A stretch of DNA of 30,565 bases from a virus. Its lineage: Duplodnaviria > Caudoviricetes. Every line of letters starts with the position of its first letter. Position 1 is the first letter of the stretch. This document shows, in pieces, positions 9,034-16,604 of the stretch. The position numbers were made by a program, and so were the translations under genes. The stretch covers positions 1 through 30,565 of IMG/VR virus record IMGVR_UViG_3300043485_000046; one strand, written 5' to 3'. The notes under the pieces were generated by a model that saw only the letters and a program-made list of their open reading frames with translations, did no database searches and was not told the origin of the DNA.

Positions 9034-9558
9034 TTAGTTGACTGGCTGAACCTTCTTGCGCCGCGGGCCTCGTTTCCGGTCATAGGGCCGGAAGTAGCCC
9101 GGGTGCTCCGCGCGCCACTGGCGCTGGCGGTCGCGGCGGCAAGCGCGGCATATCCGGCAGCCGCGCTTATCGATGTAGGTGTTGGCTTCGTCGTACGGAT
9201 GGTCAGCCGGGCAGCATTCCTTGGCCGCGTTGACCGCGCCGACCCCGCCGCCGCGCATCAGGTTCTCCTTGTGCGTCAGCACCTCCATGTGCGCGACATT
9301 CGCGCAGTGACGGTGCAGGCACCCGCGGGCCTTCACGTGGTCCAGCTCGAACCCGGCAGGCACCGGGCCCTTCTCCAGCACCCAGGCAGCGATATGCACG
9401 TAACCGCTCCGGATCTTGCCGTCCTGGCCGCGCACGGCGATCCGGCCATAACCCTTGGCGTCGCGTGCGCGGGTCCAGAGCAGGCAGCCGCACGGGTCAG
9501 GCTCAAGACGGGCATACAGCCGGTCACGAAGCGTTATATCGTGCCCGTAATCGCCCAC
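9034..9558 (-). CDS. HNH endonuclease with C-terminal Zn-finger
   Basis: CLLWT...GYG...ELDH...CANVAH.E.LT..EN, then CPADHPY...CRAC; GGAGG RBS; AT-rich promoter-like tract 9575-9610. Confidence 0.9.
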   Translation of the reverse strand: MGDYGHDITLRDRLYARLEPDPCGCLLWTRARDAKGYGRIAVRGQDGKIRSGYVHIAAWVLEKGPVPAGFELDHVKARGCLHRHCANVAHMEVLTHKENLMRGGGVGAVNAAKECCPADHPYDEANTYIDKRGCRICRACRRDRQRQWRAEHPGYFRPYDRKRGPRRKKVQPVN

Positions 9559-9621
9559 TTCGCCTCCCTTACTGCCAGGTAATTTAGCTTAACTTATAAC
9601 CTGTTATCGGCACTTGGCTGG

Positions 9622-9831
9622 TCAGGGCTGCGGGACGCGCGTCCAGTCGGGGTCACCGTCGGCCACGACAGACGACTCGCGCATACCGAGGAACGCATCG
9701 AGGTCGCCGCGCTTGATGGCAGCGGCGAGCCGCTCGAACTCGATCCGGGCGCAGCCGAGGAACTGGCCGGACTCGGTGGAGTGCAGCATGACAGCGCCGA
9801 TGCTGTCCGGGTTGTTGCCTACTTCGATCAA
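9622..9831 (-). CDS. DUF397 (BldB-family)-like small protein
   Basis: IEVG...VMLHST...L....EF..L..AIKRGDLD resembles the DUF397 core; TTG start with AAAGGAG RBS. Confidence 0.5.
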   Translation of the reverse strand: MIEVGNNPDSIGAVMLHSTESGQFLGCARIEFERLAAAIKRGDLDAFLGMRESSVVADGDPDWTRVPQP

Positions 9832-10058
9832 GATGGTCTCCTTTCAATGGCGCGGGACGGTCCCGCGCTGGTGATCACGTGAACCCGCGCCGGAACCTTG
9901 AAATTGGCGGCCCGGTTTTCAAGGCTCCGGCGCGAACCTTGAAATTGCGGCGGCGCGATGGCCGGGCGGGTGCCGCGCGGCACCGGGACCACCGGCACCC
10001 GGTACCAGTACACCGGCCGCCGCCACGCCGTCCGCGTCCGAACAACCTGCCACATCAC
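9828..10058 (-). CDS. Hypothetical basic protein
   Basis: 76 aa, start/stop overlaps on both sides; carries DNA repeats. Confidence 0.45.
   Translation of the reverse strand: MMWQVVRTRTAWRRPVYWYRVPVVPVPRGTRPAIAPPQFQGSRRSLENRAANFKVPARVHVITSAGPSRAIERRPS
9886..9947. repeat. Nested inverted and direct repeats of CCTTGAAA
   Basis: 18-bp IR 9886-9903/9917-9934 (17/18); 14-bp DR GAACCTTGAAATTG at 9893-9906 and 9934-9947. Confidence 0.9.
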
Positions 10059-10198
10059 TTACGCCGGATCAGCGCCCAGGCTGCCACGAACGGCAGCGCG
10101 AGCAGCGTCATCAGGCACCCGCCCGCCGGTGCCATCCTGACCGGCTCGCCCTTCTTGTCGATCCACCCGGAATACGGCTGCTCATCGTCCCTGCTCAT
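10055..10198 (-). CDS. 47-aa protein with C-terminal TM
   Basis: MSRDDEQ...CLMTLLALPFVAAWALIRRK; GGGAG RBS; read by hand. Confidence 0.6.
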   Translation of the reverse strand: MSRDDEQPYSGWIDKKGEPVRMAPAGGCLMTLLALPFVAAWALIRRK

Positions 10199-10225
10199 CG
10201 CTACTCCCTGTTATCGCTACGGTTG

Positions 10226-10438
10226 GTGACGGACGGCGCGGCTGTCACACCCTGTGACGCCCGCTGTGTCCGTCATGTCCTATCTGTCCCACTATGAACC
10301 TACGCGGGAAACCGCGCCGGAGGCGCCTTCTTTTGGGCGGGTTTCCCGCGTGCAGAACGCTGTGACTCACCGTGACCGCCACCGGAGGCGTGACGCTACG
10401 TAATCCGCAGCCCGCCGGGCCCAGCTACGGTGCGTGAC
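10226..10438. repeat. GTGAC/GTCAC repeat cluster with two palindromes
   Basis: GTGAC at 10226, 10254, 10362, 10372, 10390, 10434; GTCAC at 10244; imperfect palindrome 10227-10275; 12-bp IR 10302-10313/10340-10351. Confidence 0.75.
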
Positions 10439-10885
10439 CAGCGGCTCCGGCCGGTTCCGCAGCTTGTCCTGCCACTGCTGCTTCTCATCCCCGTACACCA
10501 GATTCCCGAGCCCGGCCCGGCAGCCTTCCTCGCCGCCCGGCGCCCACCTGTTATCGGTGCCGATGTCGTTCCAGTGCCGTATCTGCGTCCCCGGCGGCCG
10601 GTCCGGCTCGAACGCGGCCATCATCAGCGAGTGCATCGTGCGGGTCTGCCGGACGCCGCCGTGGTCGTAGACCTTGACCAGGACGTAACCGCGATTGGAG
10701 ATCGTCACCGACAGGGGCGCGCCTTTCACCCGGCGCCCGTTGCCCAGCACGCGGTCAACGGACCGGGCCTCGCCCCAGTTGGATACCTCGCAGAAGTAGC
10801 CGGGGACCGGCTTCCACCACCACGCCCCCGGGTAATCGCTGCGATCCTGATCCGGCATGTCTAGCGGCTCACGGCTGCGCATCAT
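10367..10885 (-). CDS. NUMOD4-HNH endonuclease-like protein
   Basis: WKPVPGY..EVSNWG..RSVDR (NUMOD4), HSLMMAAF, IRHWNDIGTDNR...NL.YG; ATGA overlap with FtsK stop. Confidence 0.85.
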   Translation of the reverse strand: MMRSREPLDMPDQDRSDYPGAWWWKPVPGYFCEVSNWGEARSVDRVLGNGRRVKGAPLSVTISNRGYVLVKVYDHGGVRQTRTMHSLMMAAFEPDRPPGTQIRHWNDIGTDNRWAPGGEEGCRAGLGNLVYGDEKQQWQDKLRNRPEPLVTHRSWARRAADYVASRLRWRSR

Positions 10886-12591
10886 CTGCCTGTCCTCACT
10901 TTCAGCTCGCCGAGGTCGTACAGCCTCGCCTGGTCCCGGACGCCGACCGGCTCCGGGAACCCCGGCCGCGTCGACGCTTTCCGCGCCGCCGCCAGCGACG
11001 GCCACAGCCCCGCGTCCGCGGCCTCCCGCAGCGTCACCGTGGCCGATCCGGGCGGCAGGCCTGGGACTGTCCCTGAGACAACCGGCTGGTCAGCACCCGG
11101 TACGCGCTCGATCGCCCGCTGTCCTATGACAGGGCCGATAGCGGTCACGCACGGCATCCCCGCAGGCGGCACGGCCACCGTCCCCGACATCGCCCAGTCC
11201 CGGGCCTCCTGCCCCGTCATGAACGCTCCCTGGGTCTCCCGGACGGCCGAGCGGGTCACGATCTGCAGCCTGCCCCGGTGCCCCGACGCGGCCGGCATGG
11301 GGTGACGGTCGCCGACCAGCATCTTCCACGCCGACGCCGTCGGGTCCTTGAAGATCAGGACGCCCATGTTCTCCCGCGCATCCCCGCTGCCGCTGGCCTT
11401 GACCGAGAGTCGCTGGCCGATCTGCTCGACGTTGCAGAGCACCTGCCGGCCCAGGAACATCACGTCATCGAGGGCCTCGCTGCCGGGGGAGCGGCCTTTC
11501 TCTTCCATCTCCCGGTTCCACCACGCCTTCAGCCGGTTCTGCGTGGCGTTCAGCTCCTCGGCGAGGATGAAAATCCGGGCGCCCGGGTTCGCGTGGACCT
11601 TCCCCTCAATGTCCGCGTGCGCGAGCGCCAGCCGGTTACGGCGGGCGACCTCGGCGGACAGCCATACCAGCGTCTCCTCGATCTCCGCGGGCGTACCGGC
11701 GTAGGCGACGTTCGGCAGGCCCCGCGCCCACATGTGGGAGATCAGCTTGATGTCGAGGATCACGCCGAGCGCGCCGTGGTGCAGCAGCTGCGCAAGCTGG
11801 TTCTTCGCGACCGTGGACTTGCCGTCGCCGGAGCCCATGGAGAGGCCGAGGTGCGGGCTGTCGTTGTCGACGGACACCCGGACGATCTCGCCCTTGCGTC
11901 CTATGCCCATGACGATCTCGTGCTCGGCCGCCTCATGCGCGGCGCCGCGGATGTCCTTCAGGTACACGTCAGCGGGCGGCGGCTGGGAGGACGCGAACAC
12001 TACCTGGGGCTTGCGGCCCTTCAGCCCCCGCCAGTCCGGTTCCAGCTCGCCGACCTTCGCGGTCACGGCGCGGGTGATGGCCTCGCGGTCGCGGGGGCTG
12101 CCGGTGAACTCCTCGCCGAGGGTCATCACGACGCCGGAACGGTCAGGCTCAATCATCAGGTGCTCCGGCGCCGCGCCGAGCTCGTGCCGGATCGCGGCCG
12201 TCAGCGGCTGCACGTACGCCCGGTGGTGCTGCCACCCGGTGACCTTCCGCGTCGCCCGCGGGATGACCAGCCAGGCCGCCGCGGCCAGGATGACGCCGAG
12301 CGCGGCGAGCGTCCACCCGGGGACGGTCAGCGCGCCCTCGGCCAGGGCCAGGAACGCGAGCGTGCCGCCGCCCCGGATGGCCGCCCGCCGCCGCCTGCGC
12401 CACCAGTGCCAGCGGATCACCGGCACCGGGTGCAGCAGCTTCGTCCCGGGCAGGTTCCACGACGCGTCCGTGCGGTAGCGGGGCCGCCCGGGCGGGCCGT
12501 CCATGGGCAGCCCGGTCAGCCACCGCCACGCGGGCCGCGGGAACGCCACGGCCAGCACGGCGGTGGCACCGGGCAGCACCCATGCGATCAC
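10882..12591 (-). CDS. FtsK/SpoIIIE-family (TraB/TraSA-like) membrane ATPase with C-terminal HTH
   Basis: N-terminal TM helices; SPHLGLSMGSGDGKS Walker A; ILDIK; EVARR; ILAEELN Walker B variant; GRQ..., GQR; GR motif; C-terminal TLREA...GFPEPVG...LY. Confidence 0.85.
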   Translation of the reverse strand: MIAWVLPGATAVLAVAFPRPAWRWLTGLPMDGPPGRPRYRTDASWNLPGTKLLHPVPVIRWHWWRRRRRAAIRGGGTLAFLALAEGALTVPGWTLAALGVILAAAAWLVIPRATRKVTGWQHHRAYVQPLTAAIRHELGAAPEHLMIEPDRSGVVMTLGEEFTGSPRDREAITRAVTAKVGELEPDWRGLKGRKPQVVFASSQPPPADVYLKDIRGAAHEAAEHEIVMGIGRKGEIVRVSVDNDSPHLGLSMGSGDGKSTVAKNQLAQLLHHGALGVILDIKLISHMWARGLPNVAYAGTPAEIEETLVWLSAEVARRNRLALAHADIEGKVHANPGARIFILAEELNATQNRLKAWWNREMEEKGRSPGSEALDDVMFLGRQVLCNVEQIGQRLSVKASGSGDARENMGVLIFKDPTASAWKMLVGDRHPMPAASGHRGRLQIVTRSAVRETQGAFMTGQEARDWAMSGTVAVPPAGMPCVTAIGPVIGQRAIERVPGADQPVVSGTVPGLPPGSATVTLREAADAGLWPSLAAARKASTRPGFPEPVGVRDQARLYDLGELKVRTGR

Positions 12592-12606
12592 CTGCCATCC
12601 TCTCGC

Positions 12607-12783
12607 CTACGGAACGATGATCCGTACCGCCAGGATCGTGGCGAACATCCCGGCCAGGACCAGCCCGAACGCCCACCCGGGAACCGCCTGCGTCCACGCG
12701 ACCGCGCACGCGATCACGACGGACGCCAGGGTCGCGACCGTGCCGAGGAACTCGCCCCGGCTCAGGCTGCCGTCGTCCGTCAT
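12607..12783 (-). CDS. 58-aa two-TM membrane protein
   Basis: Read by hand: MTDDGSLSRGEFLGTVATLASVVIACAVAW...VRIIVP; coupled to upstream stop. Confidence 0.65.
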   Translation of the reverse strand: MTDDGSLSRGEFLGTVATLASVVIACAVAWTQAVPGWAFGLVLAGMFATILAVRIIVP

Positions 12784-12911
12784 CGCTTAGGCTTCTTCTT
12801 TGCCTTCATGACCTTCGTCTGCCCCTTGGCCTTGTTCCAGCCGATCCGGCAGACGTGCGTTGCGGGGTTGCCGCGCGTCTTCCCGCACGTCCCGCACTTG
12901 AGAAATCCCAT
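12780..12911 (-). CDS. 43-aa basic Zn-ribbon-like protein
   Basis: MGFLKCGTCGK...THVC...KAKKKPKR; AGGAGG RBS; read by hand. Confidence 0.65.
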   Translation of the reverse strand: MGFLKCGTCGKTRGNPATHVCRIGWNKAKGQTKVMKAKKKPKR

Positions 12912-12920
12912 CGCTGCCTC

Positions 12921-13298
12921 CTAGCAGAATCCGGTGCGCGAGTTGCCCGGCACCCAGCACGTCACCCGGATCGGGTTGCTCTTCCGGTACCGGAAGTACC
13001 CGGCGGCGGGCGTCCCGCCCTGCGACGTGCACGGGCTCGTCGTCGTCGAGATCACGCCGGAGGAGAACACCCAGCCGCCGTAGTAGTAGGCAGCCTGCCC
13101 GCCGGAGTACACGCATTTCAGCTCGGACTGCATACCGTAGTTGCTCGGGTTCGACGCCACCTGGATGTCGAACCAGGAGTCGTGGTTGTAAAGCTCGTAC
13201 CCGGCGGTCGGCGGGGTCACCCGGGCCGATGCCGGGACCGCTCCGGCGAGCGCGAGCACGGGCGCCGCGGCCATGGCCGCGATGACAGTCCGTCTCAT
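12921..13298 (-). CDS. Secreted protein with 4 Cys
   Basis: Signal peptide MRRTVIAAMAAAPVLALAGAVPASA; AAGGA RBS. Confidence 0.8.
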   Translation of the reverse strand: MRRTVIAAMAAAPVLALAGAVPASARVTPPTAGYELYNHDSWFDIQVASNPSNYGMQSELKCVYSGGQAAYYYGGWVFSSGVISTTTSPCTSQGGTPAAGYFRYRKSNPIRVTCWVPGNSRTGFC

Positions 13299-13327
13299 AT
13301 GATCGTCCTTCCGGTGGGGATCGGAGA

Positions 13328-13367
13328 CCGGCCCCGGGAACTTCTGGGAGGTTGGGCCCGGGGCCGG
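13328..13367. terminator. Intergenic stem-loop
   Basis: CCGGCCCCGGG / CCCGGGGCCGG 11-bp stem. Confidence 0.5.
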
Positions 13368-13371
13368 CCGT

Positions 13372-14028
13372 CTACGGGGTGCCGCTCCTTTCCGCCGTCT
13401 TGCCGTTGAGGGCGCCCGCGGCGGTGATGGTGGCGGCCGTGGCCATATCCGCCTGGGGAGTCACCGCCGCGGGCGCGTCACGGGGGGCGCGCACTCTCGC
13501 CGCCTGCGCGCGGGTCAGGCCGAACTGGGCCTGCAGCTGGTTCGCCGACCACGGGTTCCCGGCCGCCAGCGTCGCCGCGTACGACGCCGCCGCGGCCGCG
13601 TACTTGTCCGCTCCCGGGCCGTCGCCGGCCTTCGCCTTGCGGGACGCCCTGACCAGCCACATCCCGATCTCGATGGCGGCGACGAACGCGAACCCCGGCC
13701 AGCCGTTCAGCGCGGCGCCGACCGGGCCGTCCGCCCACCCGTCGAGCACGTTCCCGGCGATCGTCGCCGCCACGCTGGCAACCAGCACGGCACGGATCGC
13801 CCAGGGCGCGGTCACGGTGTTACGCGCCGACCACAGCAGGACCAGCGACGCGGCCAGGATCAGCAGGTCAACGGAAAGCGGCGTCAGCCGCGCGCTGGTG
13901 CCGTCCTGGCCGTGCACCCGGCCCAGGTCGAAAAAGTGGCTGTAGCTGACGACTGCCGCGAAACCGGCGACGGCGACGACAGCAAGCGCCATGGCGACGA
14001 GGATCAGCCGGTCCGGGTTGACGCGCAT
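13372..14028 (-). CDS. DUF2637 (SpdA-type) multi-TM protein with C-terminal HTH-like segment
   Basis: VAGFAAVVSYSH...LTPLSVDLLILAAS...ATIAGN...GWP; S.NQLQAQFGLTR..A; start set at ATG 6 nt after TATGTT (leaderless). Confidence 0.88.
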   Translation of the reverse strand: MRVNPDRLILVAMALAVVAVAGFAAVVSYSHFFDLGRVHGQDGTSARLTPLSVDLLILAASLVLLWSARNTVTAPWAIRAVLVASVAATIAGNVLDGWADGPVGAALNGWPGFAFVAAIEIGMWLVRASRKAKAGDGPGADKYAAAAASYAATLAAGNPWSANQLQAQFGLTRAQAARVRAPRDAPAAVTPQADMATAATITAAGALNGKTAERSGTP

Positions 14029-14103
14029 ACCGCGAACATACACGCGCTCACGTTCGCATGCGAGGTCTCGCAACTACGGGCGCGGGTCTGCCACCCTGTG
14101 CGA
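14029..14103. promoter_or_regulatory. Divergent promoter region, probable GntR operator
   Basis: -10-like TATGTT (14040-14035) and CACCCT (14092-14097), each 6 nt from a start codon; palindrome TCGCATGCGA 14054-14063. Confidence 0.55.
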
Positions 14104-14331
14104 GTGCGCATTGACCATGACTCGGCGGAGTTCCCCTACCTCCAGCTCGCCCGGCAGCTCCGCAACGCCATCGCAGCCGGGGCATACCCGAAGCGGTCCA
14201 AGCTGCCGACGATCGCCGAGATCACCGCGGGCACCGGGCTGTCGCCGATGACGATCCGCCGGGCGTACCACCTGCTGGCCGCCGAGGACCTCGTCGAGGT
14301 AGTCCCCGGCCGCGGCACGTTCGTGGCCTAG
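14104..14331 (+). CDS. GntR-family wHTH regulator (KorSA/TraR-like position)
   Basis: PYLQLARQLR.AI..G...KLPT......S..TIRRAY..L...LV...PGRGTFV; HTH only, 75 aa. Confidence 0.93.
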   Translation: MRIDHDSAEFPYLQLARQLRNAIAAGAYPKRSKLPTIAEITAGTGLSPMTIRRAYHLLAAEDLVEVVPGRGTFVA

Positions 14332-14441
14332 GCTGGCCGCATGAGGTACCGGAACAGGCCGGGCGTCCGGCGTTGCGCAGGCGGCGAGTTACCCTGCGGT
14401 ACAGGAACCGCCGCGAGTGCCGGCGCTGCAACGGCGGGGCC

Positions 14442-14861
14442 TTACCCGCCTGACACCGGCGTGACCGTCAGCCCGTTCGTCACGTCCGTCAGCGTCACGC
14501 CGCTGAACGCGACATCCATCGGGTCCGGGCACGGGCTGGACGGGGCGAACACGGCAGTCGCCGTCAGCGAGTAATCCGAATGGCCGTTCTGAACCGGCTC
14601 GTCCGCCGCGACGCTGAATGTCGTCTTGTTGGCCGCGGCCGGGTTGTTCCCGCCGCCGTTGACGCACGTCGCGGTGCCGGACAGCACGACGTGGATTTGC
14701 GGCTCGTCGCCGAGCCCGGCCTCCTTCGCGGTCACGGTCAGCGTGGCCCCGGCAGTCGTGAACGAGGGAGTGCCGACGAAATGGGCTGAGCCCGCGAGGG
14801 CGGGGGCGGCGAGGGCGAGGAGAGCGACGGCCAGGACGGCGGTTACGGCAAGTCTGCGCAT
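14442..14861 (-). CDS. Secreted protein
   Basis: Signal peptide MRRLAVTAVLAVALLALAAPALA; KEAGLG, CVNGGGNNP, SPCP. Confidence 0.82.
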   Translation of the reverse strand: MRRLAVTAVLAVALLALAAPALAGSAHFVGTPSFTTAGATLTVTAKEAGLGDEPQIHVVLSGTATCVNGGGNNPAAANKTTFSVAADEPVQNGHSDYSLTATAVFAPSSPCPDPMDVAFSGVTLTDVTNGLTVTPVSGG

Positions 14862-14890
14862 GCCCCGTTCCTAGTGCCGCGGCGTGCCGC

Positions 14891-15814
14891 TCACCGTGCC
14901 ACTCGCAGCCCCGGGCACGGCAGCAGCTCGACGGCCGCCAGGGCCTCCGGCTGGCTGAACGCCGTATAACGGGCCGTGGTCTCCGGCCGGGCGTGCCCCA
15001 TCAGCTCCTGAACGAGGCGCAGGTCCCGCGTCGCCTGGTACGTCATGGTCCCGAACCTGTGCCTGCACTGGTGCAGCGTCGCCGCGATCCCCAGGTCGTG
15101 CAGGTGGTCGTTGCACATGCGCGACACCAGCCACGGCGCGTTCGGCCCCGGCTGCCCGTCGTGACGCCGGAACGCGAACCCCGACGGCGGCAGCCTCGCC
15201 GCGGCGAGCTCGGCCCGGGCGAACGCGGACAGCGGGACCACCCGCTCGGTGCGGCCCTTCGTCGCGTCAGCGGCCACGATCAGCACCGGCGGGGAATGGG
15301 ATTCCAGCACGGACTCCCGGCGCAGGCACGCGATCTCCTTGGCCCGCAGGCCCGCCCAGCCGGCCAGCACCAGCCACGGCCGCACCCTCGGCGCCGCCGT
15401 TGCCACGGCGTGCATCAGGTCATCCTCGGCGATCGGGCGGGGAACGCGGCGGGGCACCCTGGGCACCGGGAGCCCCGCCGCCGGGTTGCTCCCGGCGTAG
15501 CCCTCGGTGGTGCACCAGCCGTAGAAGGCGCGCAGATGACTCACGTACGAGACGACTGCCTCGTCGGTGATGGTTAACCCGGCCCGCCATCCGCCGAGCA
15601 TTTCCGGGGTCGCCTCGCATAACGGGACCGGGAGGACCGCGGCCAGGCGGACCAGGGCACGGCGGCGCGCGTAGATCGTCGCGGGGCTGTAACCAGACAG
15701 CCGTAAAAAGTCGAGATGCTTCTCCATGACACCGCGGGGTTCTGTGAGCAGTACGGGGTCAAGGTGATTACCGGGTCGTATCGTACGCACGTTGCTAACC
15801 CGTGGTAAAGACAT
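14891..15814 (-). CDS. int: Tyrosine integrase lacking the arm-binding domain
   Basis: AGLR.KEI, TKG, HQCRH, MGH, RY catalytic residues; about 300 aa; alternative start 15728. Confidence 0.93.
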   Translation of the reverse strand: MSLPRVSNVRTIRPGNHLDPVLLTEPRGVMEKHLDFLRLSGYSPATIYARRRALVRLAAVLPVPLCEATPEMLGGWRAGLTITDEAVVSYVSHLRAFYGWCTTEGYAGSNPAAGLPVPRVPRRVPRPIAEDDLMHAVATAAPRVRPWLVLAGWAGLRAKEIACLRRESVLESHSPPVLIVAADATKGRTERVVPLSAFARAELAAARLPPSGFAFRRHDGQPGPNAPWLVSRMCNDHLHDLGIAATLHQCRHRFGTMTYQATRDLRLVQELMGHARPETTARYTAFSQPEALAAVELLPCPGLRVAR

Positions 15815-15824
15815 GGGGCGCGCA

Positions 15825-16604
15825 TTACGTGGCGCTTGTCATGTCGCAGCCGCAGGCGCCCCAGTCGTCCGCGTCGAACATGGACGGCTGCCGTTCGATG
15901 CGCTCACGGAACGCGGTAAGCGTAAGCGCCCTGACCTCGCCGTCCGCGCGGTCGCGCAGGATGGATACGTCCTTGCCGAGCATGGCGCGGGTCTGCTGTT
16001 CCTCCGCTTCCCATTCCAGGTACCGCGGCCGGTTGACCTGCAGCAGCAGCGACCACTGGGCCTGGCCGCCGCGGACGCACGCGCCGCCGCAGTTGGCATG
16101 CCCGAATCCGTACTTGTACAACCGCGGCGGCTCGATGCCGCGAACGCGGAACAGGCCTAGCAGCTGCGCCTTCCACAGATAGGGCGGGTCCATCAGCGGG
16201 GCTTTGACGATCCACGGCGCCCAGTGCTTCGCGGCAGCGTCGAAGCGGTGGGGTTCGGTCCAGTCGAACCCGAGATAGACGATCGTGTCTGCCGGGTCGT
16301 AATGCTCGTCCCGGTACCTGTCCAGCAGCTCGCGCTTGAGGATGCGGGAGCAGACGGCCATGCGGTTGTTCGGCACGCACCGTTCGTCCCGGCCTGCCTG
16401 CATGGGCGTCCGGCCGTCGGCCAGCCGGATCCATTCGCAGCCGAGCCGGGAGACGACCTCGCGTGCGAAACGCCAGTTGTCCTCATCCTCGGCAAGGGTG
16501 TCCGCGGTAAGCAGGACGACGCTGTCAGCGCCGTGCTCGTGCACGACACGCCAGGCGACCTCGGCTGATGCCGCGCCGGTGGAGAACTGCACCAGGTGCC
16601 TCAT
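15825..16604 (-). CDS. PAPS-reductase-like / PP-loop protein with Cys clusters
   Basis: VQFSTGAASA, ADT..EDED..RF, CSRILKRE, YLGFDWTE.HR, HANCGGACVRGG, WGACGC; true start MRHLVQF overlaps repressor stop (ATGA). Confidence 0.8.
   Translation of the reverse strand: MRHLVQFSTGAASAEVAWRVVHEHGADSVVLLTADTLAEDEDNWRFAREVVSRLGCEWIRLADGRTPMQAGRDERCVPNNRMAVCSRILKRELLDRYRDEHYDPADTIVYLGFDWTEPHRFDAAAKHWAPWIVKAPLMDPPYLWKAQLLGLFRVRGIEPPRLYKYGFGHANCGGACVRGGQAQWSLLLQVNRPRYLEWEAEEQQTRAMLGKDVSILRDRADGEVRALTLTAFRERIERQPSMFDADDWGACGCDMTSAT

Noticed and set aside
9622-14331. A complete independent AICE inserted in the phage
   Set aside because: No replication initiator, dedicated int/xis or flanking att repeats seen
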